Positions 10,302-20,636 of a stretch of 64,000 nt of DNA are shown here, one piece after another. The stretch comes from a virus. A program made the position numbers and the translations under genes. Below the pieces are notes generated by a model. The model saw only the letters and a program-made list of their open reading frames with translations. It was not told the origin of the DNA and searched no databases. The DNA lies in IMG/VR virus record IMGVR_UViG_3300021512_000004, positions 10,741 to 74,740 of that record. One strand, given 5' to 3'. Every line of letters starts with the position of its first letter. The first letter of the stretch is position 1.

Positions 10302-11789
10302 TTACTGAAGAGTCAGCTTACGGTTTGCATTCTCTACCGCGTGGTTTACTACAGACTTCTCTCCCTTCGAGTCCGCATCGCTTGGAACCTCAGCAGAAGC
10401 TCCTGCACGGTACTTAGCATTAAATATGCTGTGTACTCTGTTGTACTGGGAAATGACCAAAGAAACGTCCATTCCGTCCATCTTGGATACCATGCCTCCA
10501 AGGGGGAGCTGCATCCGGTTCGTGACGTCAATAACTATCTTGGTAAGTGCTACCTCCGTAGACTTCGCCTTAGTCAACTCAGACTGTGAAGCTGTCAGGT
10601 CGGCCTTGCTTTGTGCCAATTCAGTAGATAGCGAAGTTACCTTATCGAGCAAGGTTTCCAAAGTCTTATCAGGGGCAGCTTGAAGCGTAACTCCTTCCTC
10701 GACTTTGCCTTCAACTTCCTTAGCAGCTTCTTTACCTTCTTCTGCGGCAGCTTCAACTTTAGGGGCTTCTTTACCCTCCTCGGTTTCTGTGATCATTTTC
10801 GGATCAGCCAAAACCTCAGCTTCTGGAGCTCCAGAAGCGATGGCTGCTACTGCTTCCTTAGTTAGAACTTTTTTCTTCATATCAAACTCACTCAAGTTAA
10901 TGTGTTGGTTGACCTCAAGACCTTCCACGTTGTTCTTGTGCTTACTGGAGATATGCTCAACTACTCTGTCAAACGTATCTATTGAATCCACAAGACCTAC
11001 AGGAACTGCCTCAGCCCCTATAAATACCCTGCCTTCTGCGGCAGTGGCTATTAAAGCTGGAATAGGGATACCTCGGTAGTCTGATACAGTCTCTAGGAAT
11101 ACATTATAAATGGAATCCATTTGGGCCTCTATCTGCTCACGGGCTTTACCATCCAACTTCTCATAAGGGGTTCCAAGACTCTTGTACTCCCCTTTACGAA
11201 TAACTGTAACCTCTACTCCATCTTTCTTCAACCTCTCAGCATAACTGGCGTGAGTGGTTATCACCCCGATGGAGCCTACTGTAGCCAACTTACCTGCGAA
11301 TATTTCCTTGGAGCTTGACCCAAGCCAGTACCCTCCAGAGGCCATAACGGTGTCAGTGAAAGCATAAACGGGACAGAGGCTGTCATTCACCTCTCGAATG
11401 AAATCCGCAGCCCCGGAAACTCCCGACGCACTTCCCCCAGGCGTCCCCAGAAGCAGCAGGACTGCTGACACTTCTGGGTGCTCTATCGCAGAGAAGACCG
11501 CATTTCTTATCTCCTCATAACTCACTACCCCAAAATACCGATTCCATCTATTGTTCTCAGTCACTAAAGGGCCGGAGATGCTGACTATTCCTACATTATT
11601 GTGGCGGGAGACCATGTATCCCATATCCCCAAACCCGTCTTGATCTTCATCTTCATCTTGAGGCCCGTATGAGGTGGATATAATGGCCTCAAGATCTTTT
11701 GGGGATGTCTCATTTACCTTAGTGAGGATATCTTGGTAAGTTTTAAAACTTCCCTCATCCCCTAACCAGATAGTGTGGTCGTTTTTCAC
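10302..11789 (-). CDS. S49 (SppA-like) prohead protease fused to a scaffold region
   Basis: TPGG, MASGGYWLGS, VGSIGV and GEYKSLG motifs of S49 peptidases; acidic coiled-coil C-terminal half. Confidence 0.88.
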   Translation of the reverse strand: MKNDHTIWLGDEGSFKTYQDILTKVNETSPKDLEAIISTSYGPQDEDEDQDGFGDMGYMVSRHNNVGIVSISGPLVTENNRWNRYFGVVSYEEIRNAVFSAIEHPEVSAVLLLLGTPGGSASGVSGAADFIREVNDSLCPVYAFTDTVMASGGYWLGSSSKEIFAGKLATVGSIGVITTHASYAERLKKDGVEVTVIRKGEYKSLGTPYEKLDGKAREQIEAQMDSIYNVFLETVSDYRGIPIPALIATAAEGRVFIGAEAVPVGLVDSIDTFDRVVEHISSKHKNNVEGLEVNQHINLSEFDMKKKVLTKEAVAAIASGAPEAEVLADPKMITETEEGKEAPKVEAAAEEGKEAAKEVEGKVEEGVTLQAAPDKTLETLLDKVTSLSTELAQSKADLTASQSELTKAKSTEVALTKIVIDVTNRMQLPLGGMVSKMDGMDVSLVISQYNRVHSIFNAKYRAGASAEVPSDADSKGEKSVVNHAVENANRKLTLQ

Positions 11790-13240
11790 TGACTTTCTCC
11801 TCCAGCTTTATTCGGTTGGTCGGACTGAAGAGCCCTACCCTGTGGGTCAGAATTTGGGGACACTTTATCCACGTCTATTCCTTTCTGACCTCTCATAAAA
11901 AATGTTCCACTCAAAGGTGGAGCTCCTTCTGGCCTTGGTCCGGTTCCCAGCATGTCTGCAGCTTGAGAGTCGGAAATAAATCCTTCAGATAAAAGTGTCA
12001 GTATCCGCGCCTGCTTCATGGTCTTGAAGGCTTCTAGCTCATCCTCAGGCCGGAGATTAATAGGTGCGAATCTAAACCTAACGTAAACGTCAGAACCGAA
12101 CAACCTTACTGCCAAGGTCATCAGTCTTGATAGGTTCTCCTCAACTGGGCGCTGGATACCTCTGGCCACTTTCAGAAACACCAGGCTCTCAGTGTTAGAC
12201 AAGCTCTGAGAGCCGTTTATTCTTAACCCGAGGATTGATGGGGATATCTTCAAAGAGGTTGCCAACTGTCCTGATAGGGCGTTCATTAAGGGGACGTAAT
12301 CTGCTTTCTCTCCCTCAGCCTTAACTAGGTCAACCTTACAACTATCGTAGGATACAATAGAATCCTCAGGAGCTAAGTTCTTCACCTCATCCTCAACAGT
12401 AGACCTTATCTGTTCCAGCCATACTTGGAGCTTTTCTGGATCTCCTTTTACATCGTCAGGAGCTGCAGCTACCACCTTCTCGGAGTCCAGAGTGAAAGTC
12501 AGCCTTCCATGACCTTGCCTGCGAACCGCTCTTCTCATCTCCTCAATAAACTCTCCAAAATGGAAAGTAGAGGACAAGGAGGCGGACATCATGGTGGTGG
12601 CGTAAGCCTTGTTAGCGTGTTTATGTAGCTCAGAGATAAACATGGTCGCTAGATCAAGTGAGATCTGGTCGCCAGTGGCTGACTCTTGTTGAGGATACTT
12701 GGTACCATCCCCTCTCGAGACCCAGGACAAGGTGTCATAAGGGATGACGTTAACTCTATCTGGAAGTCTGGACTTGTTCAGAACCAGCTCTTGAGCTAAC
12801 GCCCCAGTAGTGATGACCTCCAGGAGGGAGGTTTCCAAAATACCTGCAATGGATCGCTTGTCAGCAAACCCTTTAGAATAATCGTGCAAGGTGTCTAGGC
12901 TGGCCATAACAGATCTGGCCGTTTGAGTGCCTTCCTCGCTAAACTGGTGAGTAGTGGTGTCGTAGGCTTTCACAGAGAAATCGTTATTGGCAACCTCAAC
13001 AAAGGAGAATATCGCCGCAGACAGGGTTCCATCTTGTCTATCCAAAGCTCGAATAGCCGCAATGTCATCGTTCCTGGCTCTGAGAGCTGTTATAGATGAG
13101 TTCAGGGACTGCAAACTCTCCCTAGGAATAGCATCTCCCTTCCCAGTTGCAGAAGCTGAAGTGTCGGCTACGGCTTTTGTCGGAACCTTCCTTGGGAGGG
13201 TGATTCCAATCCCTGAGGCTGCATTAGATTTGTTTGCCAT
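11786..13240 (-). CDS. Portal protein
   Basis: 484 aa between terminase and protease. Confidence 0.75.
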   Translation of the reverse strand: MANKSNAASGIGITLPRKVPTKAVADTSASATGKGDAIPRESLQSLNSSITALRARNDDIAAIRALDRQDGTLSAAIFSFVEVANNDFSVKAYDTTTHQFSEEGTQTARSVMASLDTLHDYSKGFADKRSIAGILETSLLEVITTGALAQELVLNKSRLPDRVNVIPYDTLSWVSRGDGTKYPQQESATGDQISLDLATMFISELHKHANKAYATTMMSASLSSTFHFGEFIEEMRRAVRRQGHGRLTFTLDSEKVVAAAPDDVKGDPEKLQVWLEQIRSTVEDEVKNLAPEDSIVSYDSCKVDLVKAEGEKADYVPLMNALSGQLATSLKISPSILGLRINGSQSLSNTESLVFLKVARGIQRPVEENLSRLMTLAVRLFGSDVYVRFRFAPINLRPEDELEAFKTMKQARILTLLSEGFISDSQAADMLGTGPRPEGAPPLSGTFFMRGQKGIDVDKVSPNSDPQGRALQSDQPNKAGGESQ

Positions 13241-13255
13241 TAAACGTAACCCATA

Positions 13256-15025
13256 TTAACTGAACCCGTACCGACTTACGGCTGGCTGATCAGAGGACAT
13301 ATCCTTCATCTTTACCTTGCCCACCATAGGAAGGCAAGGTACTGCATTATTAATCAAACCCTCTGAGCAAGCTACCTTCTTAGCAATGGTAGCAAAAAGT
13401 AGAGAGTGTGCGTAGTGGTCATCGCCAGTATTTGTCCAATAACTAACTAATTCCCCTATATTATTTTTTTGATCTATCCTCTTCATGGACTTAACATGGT
13501 CAAGAATGGTCTTGAATTCTGGGCCATCCCCTATAGTAACCCTCTTGGAGTTTACATCCTTAACAAGATCATCAAAACATCCGGTTCTGTAGGACTTACA
13601 CACCTGAGACTCTACATCAAACTGAGTGTTTTTTAAATTCCTGCCTGCGGTCCGAGTATAATAATTGGCCCAAACAATTCCAACTGGGCAGGCGTCTATG
13701 AGGAACGCTGCCACACTGAAATCTGGAGCCGCGTCCACAACCCCGGCAACACACCCAAAATTCTTCATGAGTTGAAGAACCCGAGTACCTAAATAATTCT
13801 TACCGTCCTGTCGAATACGCTCTGCGTAGATCACTCTCCCGCCGCTGATACCTGGCAATGTCAAGACAGTGAACCAACTGGTCTTACCTACGTCCAGACC
13901 AAAGACCGTATTGCCTGCTTGAACCGTAGTCTCTCCGTCCAAAGGTTTGCTCAGGGATGGGAATGTGGAGCCCTCCTTTATCGGGCCTTCTAAGAAAGAA
14001 GTCTCAGCGTCAGAGAAAGGGAGGCCGACTTTAAAATTAACCCAGTCTTTCTTCCTATCATAATCTTGGATCTGCGCTAGAGTTCTTCTAATCGGGTTTA
14101 TCTCTGGAACATCCAACGGGCTTACCTGATAACCTCTGAACAGCTTATTCGGAGCCTCATGCACCCATGCTCGCTCCTTTGGGTTGAGCCAGTGCTTAGC
14201 GTCTATGGGGTTTGTACAGACATCACATCGGATGAACGCCTTGGATATGTCTACTCTCGGATCCTCGAGATCTTCCTTATCAAAGGTGTGCAGGGTTCCG
14301 TCATATCCAGGGATCTCCACAAAATCCATAAAGTTGGGGGATACTTGGTCCAGACAGTGAGGGCATCTGACCGTGTACTTCCCTCGGCTTGAGGAGCTGT
14401 ATGCCTTATTTATCCCAAACCCTTCTACAGTAGGGGTAGAGAATAGCCTCTCAAAATACTCCCCCTCCTTGGCGTGACCAAGACGTGAGTTGTAGGTAGT
14501 CAAAACCTCCTGATTACAGAAGTCTACCTCGTCCTTAAACAGTCCTTGCGCCGGTACAGAGATTGCGGACTGTTGTCCATAAGTTCCACTCACATACAAA
14601 AAGGACTGCCCTATCTGCTTCATCTCTGCGGAGTCATTCTTAGAGCTTGCTGCAGAGCTTAGGGTTGGACTGTCCTGCATCACCGGGTCAATTCTACCTT
14701 TGGTAAACTTCTTAGCGATGCCTGCTGTTGGTAGGACGTAGATCAGAGTGAATTTCTTTAATAGGTACAGGAGGGCTAAGGCCAGTCGAAGCTGTAGTTC
14801 AGAAGCTCCAACCTGAGAGCATTTCTGAACGCAGAGCTGAGCTGCTGTATCGGAAACAACGTCTATCTGGTATTCGTGGCCGTCGAACGTCCACAATTTT
14901 CCGGCATCCGTAGGGTGTGCGGTGTTCTTCTCCAGCCATTGTGGGATCTTGCTCAGGTCTGTGGTGTTTGATGACTGTATTCTGAGTCTGTCCAGATAGA
15001 GCCTGTAGTCTTTATGTAATGACAC
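13256..15025 (-). CDS. Terminase large subunit (lambda GpA-like)
   Basis: KCSQVGASE Walker-A variant, FKDEVD Walker B, STPT motif, CPHC/CDVC zinc site, GLDVG nuclease motif and DDHYAHS. Confidence 0.9.
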   Translation of the reverse strand: MSLHKDYRLYLDRLRIQSSNTTDLSKIPQWLEKNTAHPTDAGKLWTFDGHEYQIDVVSDTAAQLCVQKCSQVGASELQLRLALALLYLLKKFTLIYVLPTAGIAKKFTKGRIDPVMQDSPTLSSAASSKNDSAEMKQIGQSFLYVSGTYGQQSAISVPAQGLFKDEVDFCNQEVLTTYNSRLGHAKEGEYFERLFSTPTVEGFGINKAYSSSSRGKYTVRCPHCLDQVSPNFMDFVEIPGYDGTLHTFDKEDLEDPRVDISKAFIRCDVCTNPIDAKHWLNPKERAWVHEAPNKLFRGYQVSPLDVPEINPIRRTLAQIQDYDRKKDWVNFKVGLPFSDAETSFLEGPIKEGSTFPSLSKPLDGETTVQAGNTVFGLDVGKTSWFTVLTLPGISGGRVIYAERIRQDGKNYLGTRVLQLMKNFGCVAGVVDAAPDFSVAAFLIDACPVGIVWANYYTRTAGRNLKNTQFDVESQVCKSYRTGCFDDLVKDVNSKRVTIGDGPEFKTILDHVKSMKRIDQKNNIGELVSYWTNTGDDHYAHSLLFATIAKKVACSEGLINNAVPCLPMVGKVKMKDMSSDQPAVSRYGFS

Positions 15026-15164
15026 AATCTACTTCCACCAACTCTACGTCTGAGACTCTGACCAACTGATCTAAAGATGTAGAGGAGGATACCCTCTCTA
15101 CATCTTTAACTGAGTTAGACTCCTCGACCAACGAAGAGTGTCCGACGAGTTGATCAAGTTCCAT
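15012..15164 (-). CDS. Possible 50-aa hypothetical protein (MELDQLVGHSSLVEE...VDCVIT)
   Basis: Manual translation fills the gap between 15166 and the terminase; contains a 13-bp hairpin. Confidence 0.3.
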   Translation of the reverse strand: MELDQLVGHSSLVEESNSVKDVERVSSSTSLDQLVRVSDVELVEVDCVIT

Positions 15165-15165
15165 C

Positions 15166-15489
15166 CTAACTCCTATCTAAACCGCGAATTGGCGTTTTCC
15201 ACTTAGCGTTGCCTTTGGAACTTGATAAGGTAACGACAGCGTACAGCTGCTGTTCATCGCTGACGGGGAGGGTCCCAGGTAGAGTGTATCTATAGGTTCC
15301 CGGTAGATTAGACACTTCCGCTAAGGTAACTGGCCACGAAATAGAGGTAAGCGGAGTGTCGCTCTCATCATAAACTGTAGCTAAGATGACGGCTCCGCTT
15401 ATTATCTTGTTAGTAACTTGGTCACGGATATCTCCGGCCTGGAGCACCATGTCGTTCCCAACAAGAAAAACCTGTATCTGGTCATCCAC
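15166..15489 (-). CDS. Ig-like/beta-sandwich virion accessory protein
   Basis: Beta-rich small protein in the accessory structural block. Confidence 0.4.
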   Translation of the reverse strand: MDDQIQVFLVGNDMVLQAGDIRDQVTNKIISGAVILATVYDESDTPLTSISWPVTLAEVSNLPGTYRYTLPGTLPVSDEQQLYAVVTLSSSKGNAKWKTPIRGLDRS

Positions 15490-15491
15490 GA

Positions 15492-15767
15492 TTAGGACGC
15501 CTGTGAGTTCTTCTGTACCACCGCGTCTGGTTGAATCGTCTTAGTTGCAGCCCCCAATGAGCCGTCACCATTGACAATCCGGGAACCTGGGATTCTCTCC
15601 CCTTGCTCTCCAGTGTCAAAATCTTTAGCCCACCCTAACCCTATCCACTTATCGGCAATAGCCTTAGGAAGCGTAGAAACGTCCCCTTCGTAAAAGGGCT
15701 CAGGATATCCAGGCTCTTTAATGGTTTCTTCTGTTACCTGTACTCGCCTTCGGTCGGTCATTTTCAC
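15492..15767 (-). CDS. Hypothetical protein
   Basis: ORF with GAGG RBS in operon. Confidence 0.55.
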   Translation of the reverse strand: MKMTDRRRVQVTEETIKEPGYPEPFYEGDVSTLPKAIADKWIGLGWAKDFDTGEQGERIPGSRIVNGDGSLGAATKTIQPDAVVQKNSQAS

Positions 15768-15772
15768 TTCCT

Positions 15773-16144
15773 CTAGGTTGGGTCGCCAATTTCGTGAGCA
15801 TGAGCGCCTACATCAACAGTACCGCCAGAAGTAAGGGCTTGACTTGTGCAAGTAGTTACTCGCCGCAGAGAGGTGTCTCCGCTGTTAGCAATAGCAACGT
15901 GATCGGCAGTTCCAGAGGCGTCGATAGCCAGCCCTGTCTTTGCTGCCAAAGTTGACTTACGGCCACTTGTGTCGCCGTTTGCCGTAGTAAAATCTGTTGC
16001 TGGAACCAAAGTGTCGATAGCCAGTTTGAACGTGGTAATCGCTTCGGTATAGGTGGTAGGTTGGCCAGCACATACGCACAGCCTGTCACCCTCCCCTAAA
16101 TCTAATTGTGCATCAATAATTGAATCTGCTAACGCCTTAGCCAT
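15773..16144 (-). CDS. Conserved small virion structural protein
   Basis: Ala/Thr/Gly-rich (GDTSGRK...ASGTADHVA), a type seen next to phage fibre genes. Confidence 0.55.
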   Translation of the reverse strand: MAKALADSIIDAQLDLGEGDRLCVCAGQPTTYTEAITTFKLAIDTLVPATDFTTANGDTSGRKSTLAAKTGLAIDASGTADHVAIANSGDTSLRRVTTCTSQALTSGGTVDVGAHAHEIGDPT

Positions 16145-16155
16145 CTACCCAATCC

Positions 16156-18489
16156 TCAGTTAATTGTTACTTTCCCAGTTATCACTTCTTCAATAATAAC
16201 ACTACCTTCAACTTTCGTATAGAGTACCAACCTTCCTGAAATCCTTCCTAAGACTGCTCCCCCCAAACCTATAATCTCTAATATCTGACTTTGGGTGAGA
16301 GACTCCACGGCTAGAACCCCGTATTCAGTTAAAGCCGGGGAGTCAATTACCTGTAGCTGCCCAACGTCCGCTACGGATATAGCTGCGGATACAGACAAAG
16401 TAATCTGCTCCAACTCTTGAGATTGAAGTAGGGCGTCTACGAGTAATACGTTATTTTGCACTAGCAGAGGGGCGTCTAAGGACTGGGATTGAGTCATAGT
16501 ATCCCCAACCAATACCCCAGACACCAGCAATATAGACTCATCTAAGGACTGGGATTGCAGTATCTGATCTGAAGATAAAACACTATGGGTAGTCAGTGTT
16601 GGGAGGCTAATCTCTTGCTGCTGACCCATCCCGTGAATCGTTATCTGCGCCACTCCGCCGATAGTTGGGGAGCTGTACGTCTGGCCTTGGGAGGACCCTT
16701 CCGGGGTTATCTGTCCATGCTGCTGAAGGGTTGGGGAACCATACCCCTGACCCTGTTGCACTGCCTGAGCAATAATAGACGCAGCTATTGATAAGCTAAC
16801 CCCCTGTAGAGACTGAGACTGGTTTAATCCTCCTGGGTAAACGATGTTCTTCTGAGTTAAAGTCGGAGGGCCTATCGACTGTAGTTGGCCAATAGTTTCC
16901 GCAGTTAATATATGAGCCTGAGTTAAAGTCGGAGGGCCTATCGACTGTAGTTGGCCAATAGTTTCCGCAGAGATAACACTGTGCTGGGTGATTACCGGGG
17001 AGTCAAAGGAATGCAATTGCTCAATAGAATTCGGAGTGACATTACTCCCCTGCGTCAAAGTGATATTACTTAGGATCTGGGATTGGCTAATCAAATTTGA
17101 AAAAATGCTATTAGCCTGAGTTAAAACCGGACTGCCAAATGACTGGGATTGGTTGAGAGGCTGTAGGACTAGGGCAACCCCTGCTACAAAATCAACTGTA
17201 AACGTAGGTGCAGCAACTACCGCAGATGCGCTCGTTACAAGAGCTGTGGCCGGTATAGTCGCTGTGATCGTTTCCTGCGCTGTTATGTCATACGCTGCCC
17301 CTGCCGTAAGAGTGATTGTGACAACTGTGTCGCTTGTGCGTGCAACCGATGTTACAACTTCTTTATCTCTTACCTCGTTATTCCAGCCGAGTGTTTCTGT
17401 CTGTGCTGAATCGAGGCCATCAATAACATTCTGCCTCTGCGCGTCAAATGTCGCACCTGCCGCAACCCATGTGTCGCCGGTTAGCGTCAAGATGATTGTC
17501 TTGCCACCAGTGACAATATCGCTTTCTGAGATGCTAGATGTTGCTGTGCCGGTTAATGCTGCGCTGCTACCGGTAGCAGCATACTGGTCGAATCCTATAT
17601 CCCAAGGCGCTGCTCGAGTATCCCCATCGACATCATCCGAAAACGGATAATCTGGATCGGAGCTTAAATCTGTGCCATACCCTATCGCCCCTGCATCCGT
17701 TGATGCCAGATGGTAATCATCGTTAGCTGCATCCTCGAAAGTGAACGTCTGGTTTATTCTGTTGCCTGTGCCACCAGCATCATCTGCTGTGGCATCGGCA
17801 GACGCGCAATAAGCCACATTATTGCTTACATGCAAATTAAAATCTGTGCCGTTTCCTGCGCCAAGACAGTTTTTATAATACACTGTATCCGGTACGTATA
17901 GCACATTGGACGCAAAGCCGGTACCACTACAGTCAACCGCTGTACAGGAGTGCAAATGCGAGCTTAACCTCGCAGCAGTACTCCAGAGCATGAATCCAAC
18001 AGAGCACTCGTATGCCAAGCAGTTTCTAAGATAGTGTTTAAACGAAACACTGGAAAAACTTTCAAACCCATGCCGACCCCCCTTACAGATACAGGATTCA
18101 ACTTTAACTGAACTCGCACCTCCCAGCGTTATTCCGGTACCGTTAGAATCTGTATTGATAACATCCAGACCTTCCAGCACCATATAGTCAGCATGCAAGC
18201 CAATTAGCGGAACCCATGCCAAACCTTTTTGTATAAAGAACCCAGTTTGCGGGATGCCTGTATGCCTTTCCGTCACTGGCGTCATAACTCTGATATATCG
18301 TGTAGCGTCAGTCGTCCACCCAGCGACATTTACGCTATCTACCAGACCCCCAGGCCAGTCGTTATAACACTCCAATACCTCCTGCTCATCCAGCGCAACG
18401 AGATCTCTCTGCTCTCCAGCCTCCCACGCTGACATCGTGGTGTAGTCACCACCACTGGATCTGAGCGTGTGTGTTACAAGAGTTGCCAT
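16156..18489 (-). CDS. Fibre/spike-like virion protein: N-terminal beta-helix-like domain and C-terminal 22-aa Gln-rich repeats
   Basis: GGDYTT..AWE start, parallel-beta-helix-like segment ending DYHL...D.DG..R...WDIG, then QxQS..P.LTQ repeats. Confidence 0.6.
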   Translation of the reverse strand: MATLVTHTLRSSGGDYTTMSAWEAGEQRDLVALDEQEVLECYNDWPGGLVDSVNVAGWTTDATRYIRVMTPVTERHTGIPQTGFFIQKGLAWVPLIGLHADYMVLEGLDVINTDSNGTGITLGGASSVKVESCICKGGRHGFESFSSVSFKHYLRNCLAYECSVGFMLWSTAARLSSHLHSCTAVDCSGTGFASNVLYVPDTVYYKNCLGAGNGTDFNLHVSNNVAYCASADATADDAGGTGNRINQTFTFEDAANDDYHLASTDAGAIGYGTDLSSDPDYPFSDDVDGDTRAAPWDIGFDQYAATGSSAALTGTATSSISESDIVTGGKTIILTLTGDTWVAAGATFDAQRQNVIDGLDSAQTETLGWNNEVRDKEVVTSVARTSDTVVTITLTAGAAYDITAQETITATIPATALVTSASAVVAAPTFTVDFVAGVALVLQPLNQSQSFGSPVLTQANSIFSNLISQSQILSNITLTQGSNVTPNSIEQLHSFDSPVITQHSVISAETIGQLQSIGPPTLTQAHILTAETIGQLQSIGPPTLTQKNIVYPGGLNQSQSLQGVSLSIAASIIAQAVQQGQGYGSPTLQQHGQITPEGSSQGQTYSSPTIGGVAQITIHGMGQQQEISLPTLTTHSVLSSDQILQSQSLDESILLVSGVLVGDTMTQSQSLDAPLLVQNNVLLVDALLQSQELEQITLSVSAAISVADVGQLQVIDSPALTEYGVLAVESLTQSQILEIIGLGGAVLGRISGRLVLYTKVEGSVIIEEVITGKVTIN
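16852..16970. repeat. Exact 53-bp direct repeat with 66-bp period inside the fibre gene
   Basis: CTGAGTTAAAGTCGGAGGGCCTATCGACTGTAGTTGGCCAATAGTTTCCGCAG at 16852 and 16918. Confidence 0.9.
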
Positions 18490-18493
18490 CGTC

Positions 18494-18784
18494 CTAGCTG
18501 ATTACCGCAGTTTTGCCAGTAAATGCGAGTATCTTGTTGTATAGCGCCGTTTTAATCGGGGCGTAAACATCTGTACCAGCAATTGTGCTGGCGTCAACAA
18601 TAGCCCCAGAAAAGTCAGGGCCAGTCAGTGTTAGCATGCCCTCGCCCACTTTCGCATCATCCGAATCCAATTTGTCATAACTGACGTGGATTTCCTCCCG
18701 CGTCAGATCAATCGTAAAATCTGTAATTTTGTACTTGCTTGCCGTAGTCGCGATCACTTCCTCGGTATCTAATTGTGCTGGCAT
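18494..18784 (-). CDS. Hypothetical protein (fibre-associated)
   Basis: Coupled ORF in operon. Confidence 0.55.
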   Translation of the reverse strand: MPAQLDTEEVIATTASKYKITDFTIDLTREEIHVSYDKLDSDDAKVGEGMLTLTGPDFSGAIVDASTIAGTDVYAPIKTALYNKILAFTGKTAVIS

Positions 18785-19140
18785 CAGGATATCCTCTTAT
18801 CTAAGATTTGGTTTGTATCATCAAGGTTAATCTTATGTCGCCTGCGGGTTTTTACAGGGCGTTCACGCTGGCTCAACAGTCGCTTTAGTTTGGGCAGCTT
18901 TAATGCAGACCTTGGCACACTCTCTCGCAAACTGAGATTGTCCTCGCTACAGAGATAGTGATAATCTTCTGGTGGCCCTGGTAAGTCTACAACTCGAAAA
19001 GCGGGTGGACCTTCTTTATTACCAAACACATGACCATCAGGCAACACCGTAACTACATCCCCCCGCTTATATGAGCCAGCAATGTCCTTGCTGATGTCAG
19101 AATTAATATAGTCTTGAGCTTTAACTAAAAGCCTTGCCAT
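18784..19140 (-). CDS. Hypothetical protein (fibre-associated; YKRGDVV..LPDGH..G..E motif)
   Basis: Coupled ORF in operon. Confidence 0.55.
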   Translation of the reverse strand: MARLLVKAQDYINSDISKDIAGSYKRGDVVTVLPDGHVFGNKEGPPAFRVVDLPGPPEDYHYLCSEDNLSLRESVPRSALKLPKLKRLLSQRERPVKTRRRHKINLDDTNQILDKRIS

Positions 19141-19152
19141 CTTTAATCGCCC

Positions 19153-19335
19153 TTATTTAGCCCTGCTCATGCCAGCTACGCCAGCTGTCACTCGGCAGTT
19201 TTTGTCTATAGTCAACTCAGCAGATCGCATGACCCTGACCGATGTAATCGTGACCTCGCACTCGGGCGTCTTGTACTCGTATCGAGCAAAGCCCGAGAGC
19301 AGCGCAACTACCAGAATGATTGCTGCACTTGTCAT
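19153..19335 (-). CDS. Small secreted/lipoprotein-like protein
   Basis: Hydrophobic N-terminus. Confidence 0.4.
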   Translation of the reverse strand: MTSAAIILVVALLSGFARYEYKTPECEVTITSVRVMRSAELTIDKNCRVTAGVAGMSRAK

Positions 19336-19625
19336 TTAATTATCCGTTTTTTAGTAATTGTTTTGCCGCGCTTATGGCGCTCCCACAAAACTGTTTTCAC
19401 TCCATGCTGCCTCATTTCTGCGTCAAAATCAGGCCAAGCATTTTTTGGAATATCGCCTAATGTTGCGCTAACTGTTGCACTACCCCCAGATATTACAATG
19501 GAAGCAATGAGTACAGGTTCCCGCATCTCCTCGACAAGGGGCACTGCAACTTCAGCATCTTCGTTAAAGACTCTGAGATTGAAGGCCCCAGTGATGGGGT
19601 CAAGCCTAACCTTGCCGCAGGCCAT
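19332..19625 (-). CDS. Hypothetical protein
   Basis: Overlapping start/stop with neighbours. Confidence 0.5.
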   Translation of the reverse strand: MACGKVRLDPITGAFNLRVFNEDAEVAVPLVEEMREPVLIASIVISGGSATVSATLGDIPKNAWPDFDAEMRQHGVKTVLWERHKRGKTITKKRIIK

Positions 19626-20229
19626 GACTTACTGTCTCCACAATGATCGGACCAAAGAAATCTATCTCCGTAAAAATCCCACTGTGACCTAGGGCAGCTA
19701 CAGAGAAGTCGTGAGCTGTGCAGATATTTACCACTCCCTCACAATCTCCAAGATAGCCATACCTGCCCATCTCCCCCCAAGGTCTGGCTCTGCTTGCGAA
19801 CCATGTTAACCGCCTAAGCCACTTAGACCAAGTAACAACTTTGTCTTGTTCATTATGGAAGACTGTAACGCTGGGTACATTTTGGGCGGGGTGTTCGTCT
19901 CTCTTCAGGGCTGGGTTGAGGCAAGTCGCTACATCTGCTGGCATACTCCAACGATTTGCAGCAATCCTCATAATGGTACACCCGTTGGAATGCCCAACTA
20001 CCGCTACTTTCCGGCCATCTGCCTTATATTCCTTGACGATTCTAGCTAGTTTTTTGGCTAGAGTCCCATTTCTTAACCTGACCTTTCTAAGGCTGGCATA
20101 CCCGTAATTGAAATTCCTAACAAAGAACCCACCCTCTTGGAAATGCTTTGTTAACTTCCCTACAGAGTTGTCTGGATCTGTCACGTTGAAGCCGTGAATC
20201 AAAATAACTACTGGTTTATTTGTCATCAA
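19606..20229 (-). CDS. Alpha/beta hydrolase (lipase/esterase-like)
   Basis: LIHGF oxyanion motif, GHSNG nucleophile elbow, a conserved Asp (NEQD) and a C-terminal GHS His. Confidence 0.8.
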   Translation of the reverse strand: MMTNKPVVILIHGFNVTDPDNSVGKLTKHFQEGGFFVRNFNYGYASLRKVRLRNGTLAKKLARIVKEYKADGRKVAVVGHSNGCTIMRIAANRWSMPADVATCLNPALKRDEHPAQNVPSVTVFHNEQDKVVTWSKWLRRLTWFASRARPWGEMGRYGYLGDCEGVVNICTAHDFSVAALGHSGIFTEIDFFGPIIVETVSHGLRQG

Positions 20230-20636
20230 GCATATCCAAGGAACTCAAAATGAAACAAGTCATTAAATGTTTGGTCATCCATGTTGCCGTCGGAATCCCA
20301 GTCGCCCCCCCACCTAATGAGGTAGCCAAGTTCGCTGGCAATGGCCTCAACCTGTCCAGCGAAGCGGTAGAAATACTTATGGTCTTTAGGATAGCCTATT
20401 CCAGGAATATAGGGTCTGGCATCCACTGCGTCTGAAGGAACTGCGTTGTGCTTGCCGTCTGGCCAATCCAGCTTGGAAGTGCCACTTACGAAGCACTCAT
20501 GTTGATCGTGGCGATTCCTATGACCCTCTATTACTGCGTGATCAAACCCCCTTCTTAGCACCTCCCTAAACAACTTCTGCAGCTCTGGACGAGCGGTAGA
20601 CAATCTTCGGTCAGAGGTTCGGCTATACGATGGCAT
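20226..20636 (-). CDS. Endolysin, M15 family L-Ala-D-Glu peptidase
   Basis: EGHR...Q, KH....DAVD, RWGGDW and D..HFE motifs (T5 Lys-like). Confidence 0.9.
   Translation of the reverse strand: MPSYSRTSDRRLSTARPELQKLFREVLRRGFDHAVIEGHRNRHDQHECFVSGTSKLDWPDGKHNAVPSDAVDARPYIPGIGYPKDHKYFYRFAGQVEAIASELGYLIRWGGDWDSDGNMDDQTFNDLFHFEFLGYA

Noticed and set aside
87-20435. Numerous plus-strand ORFs over the structural genes (for example 8638-9474)
   Set aside because: These are antisense shadows of well-supported minus-strand genes; the same applies to minus-strand ORFs over 50-63.9 kb.
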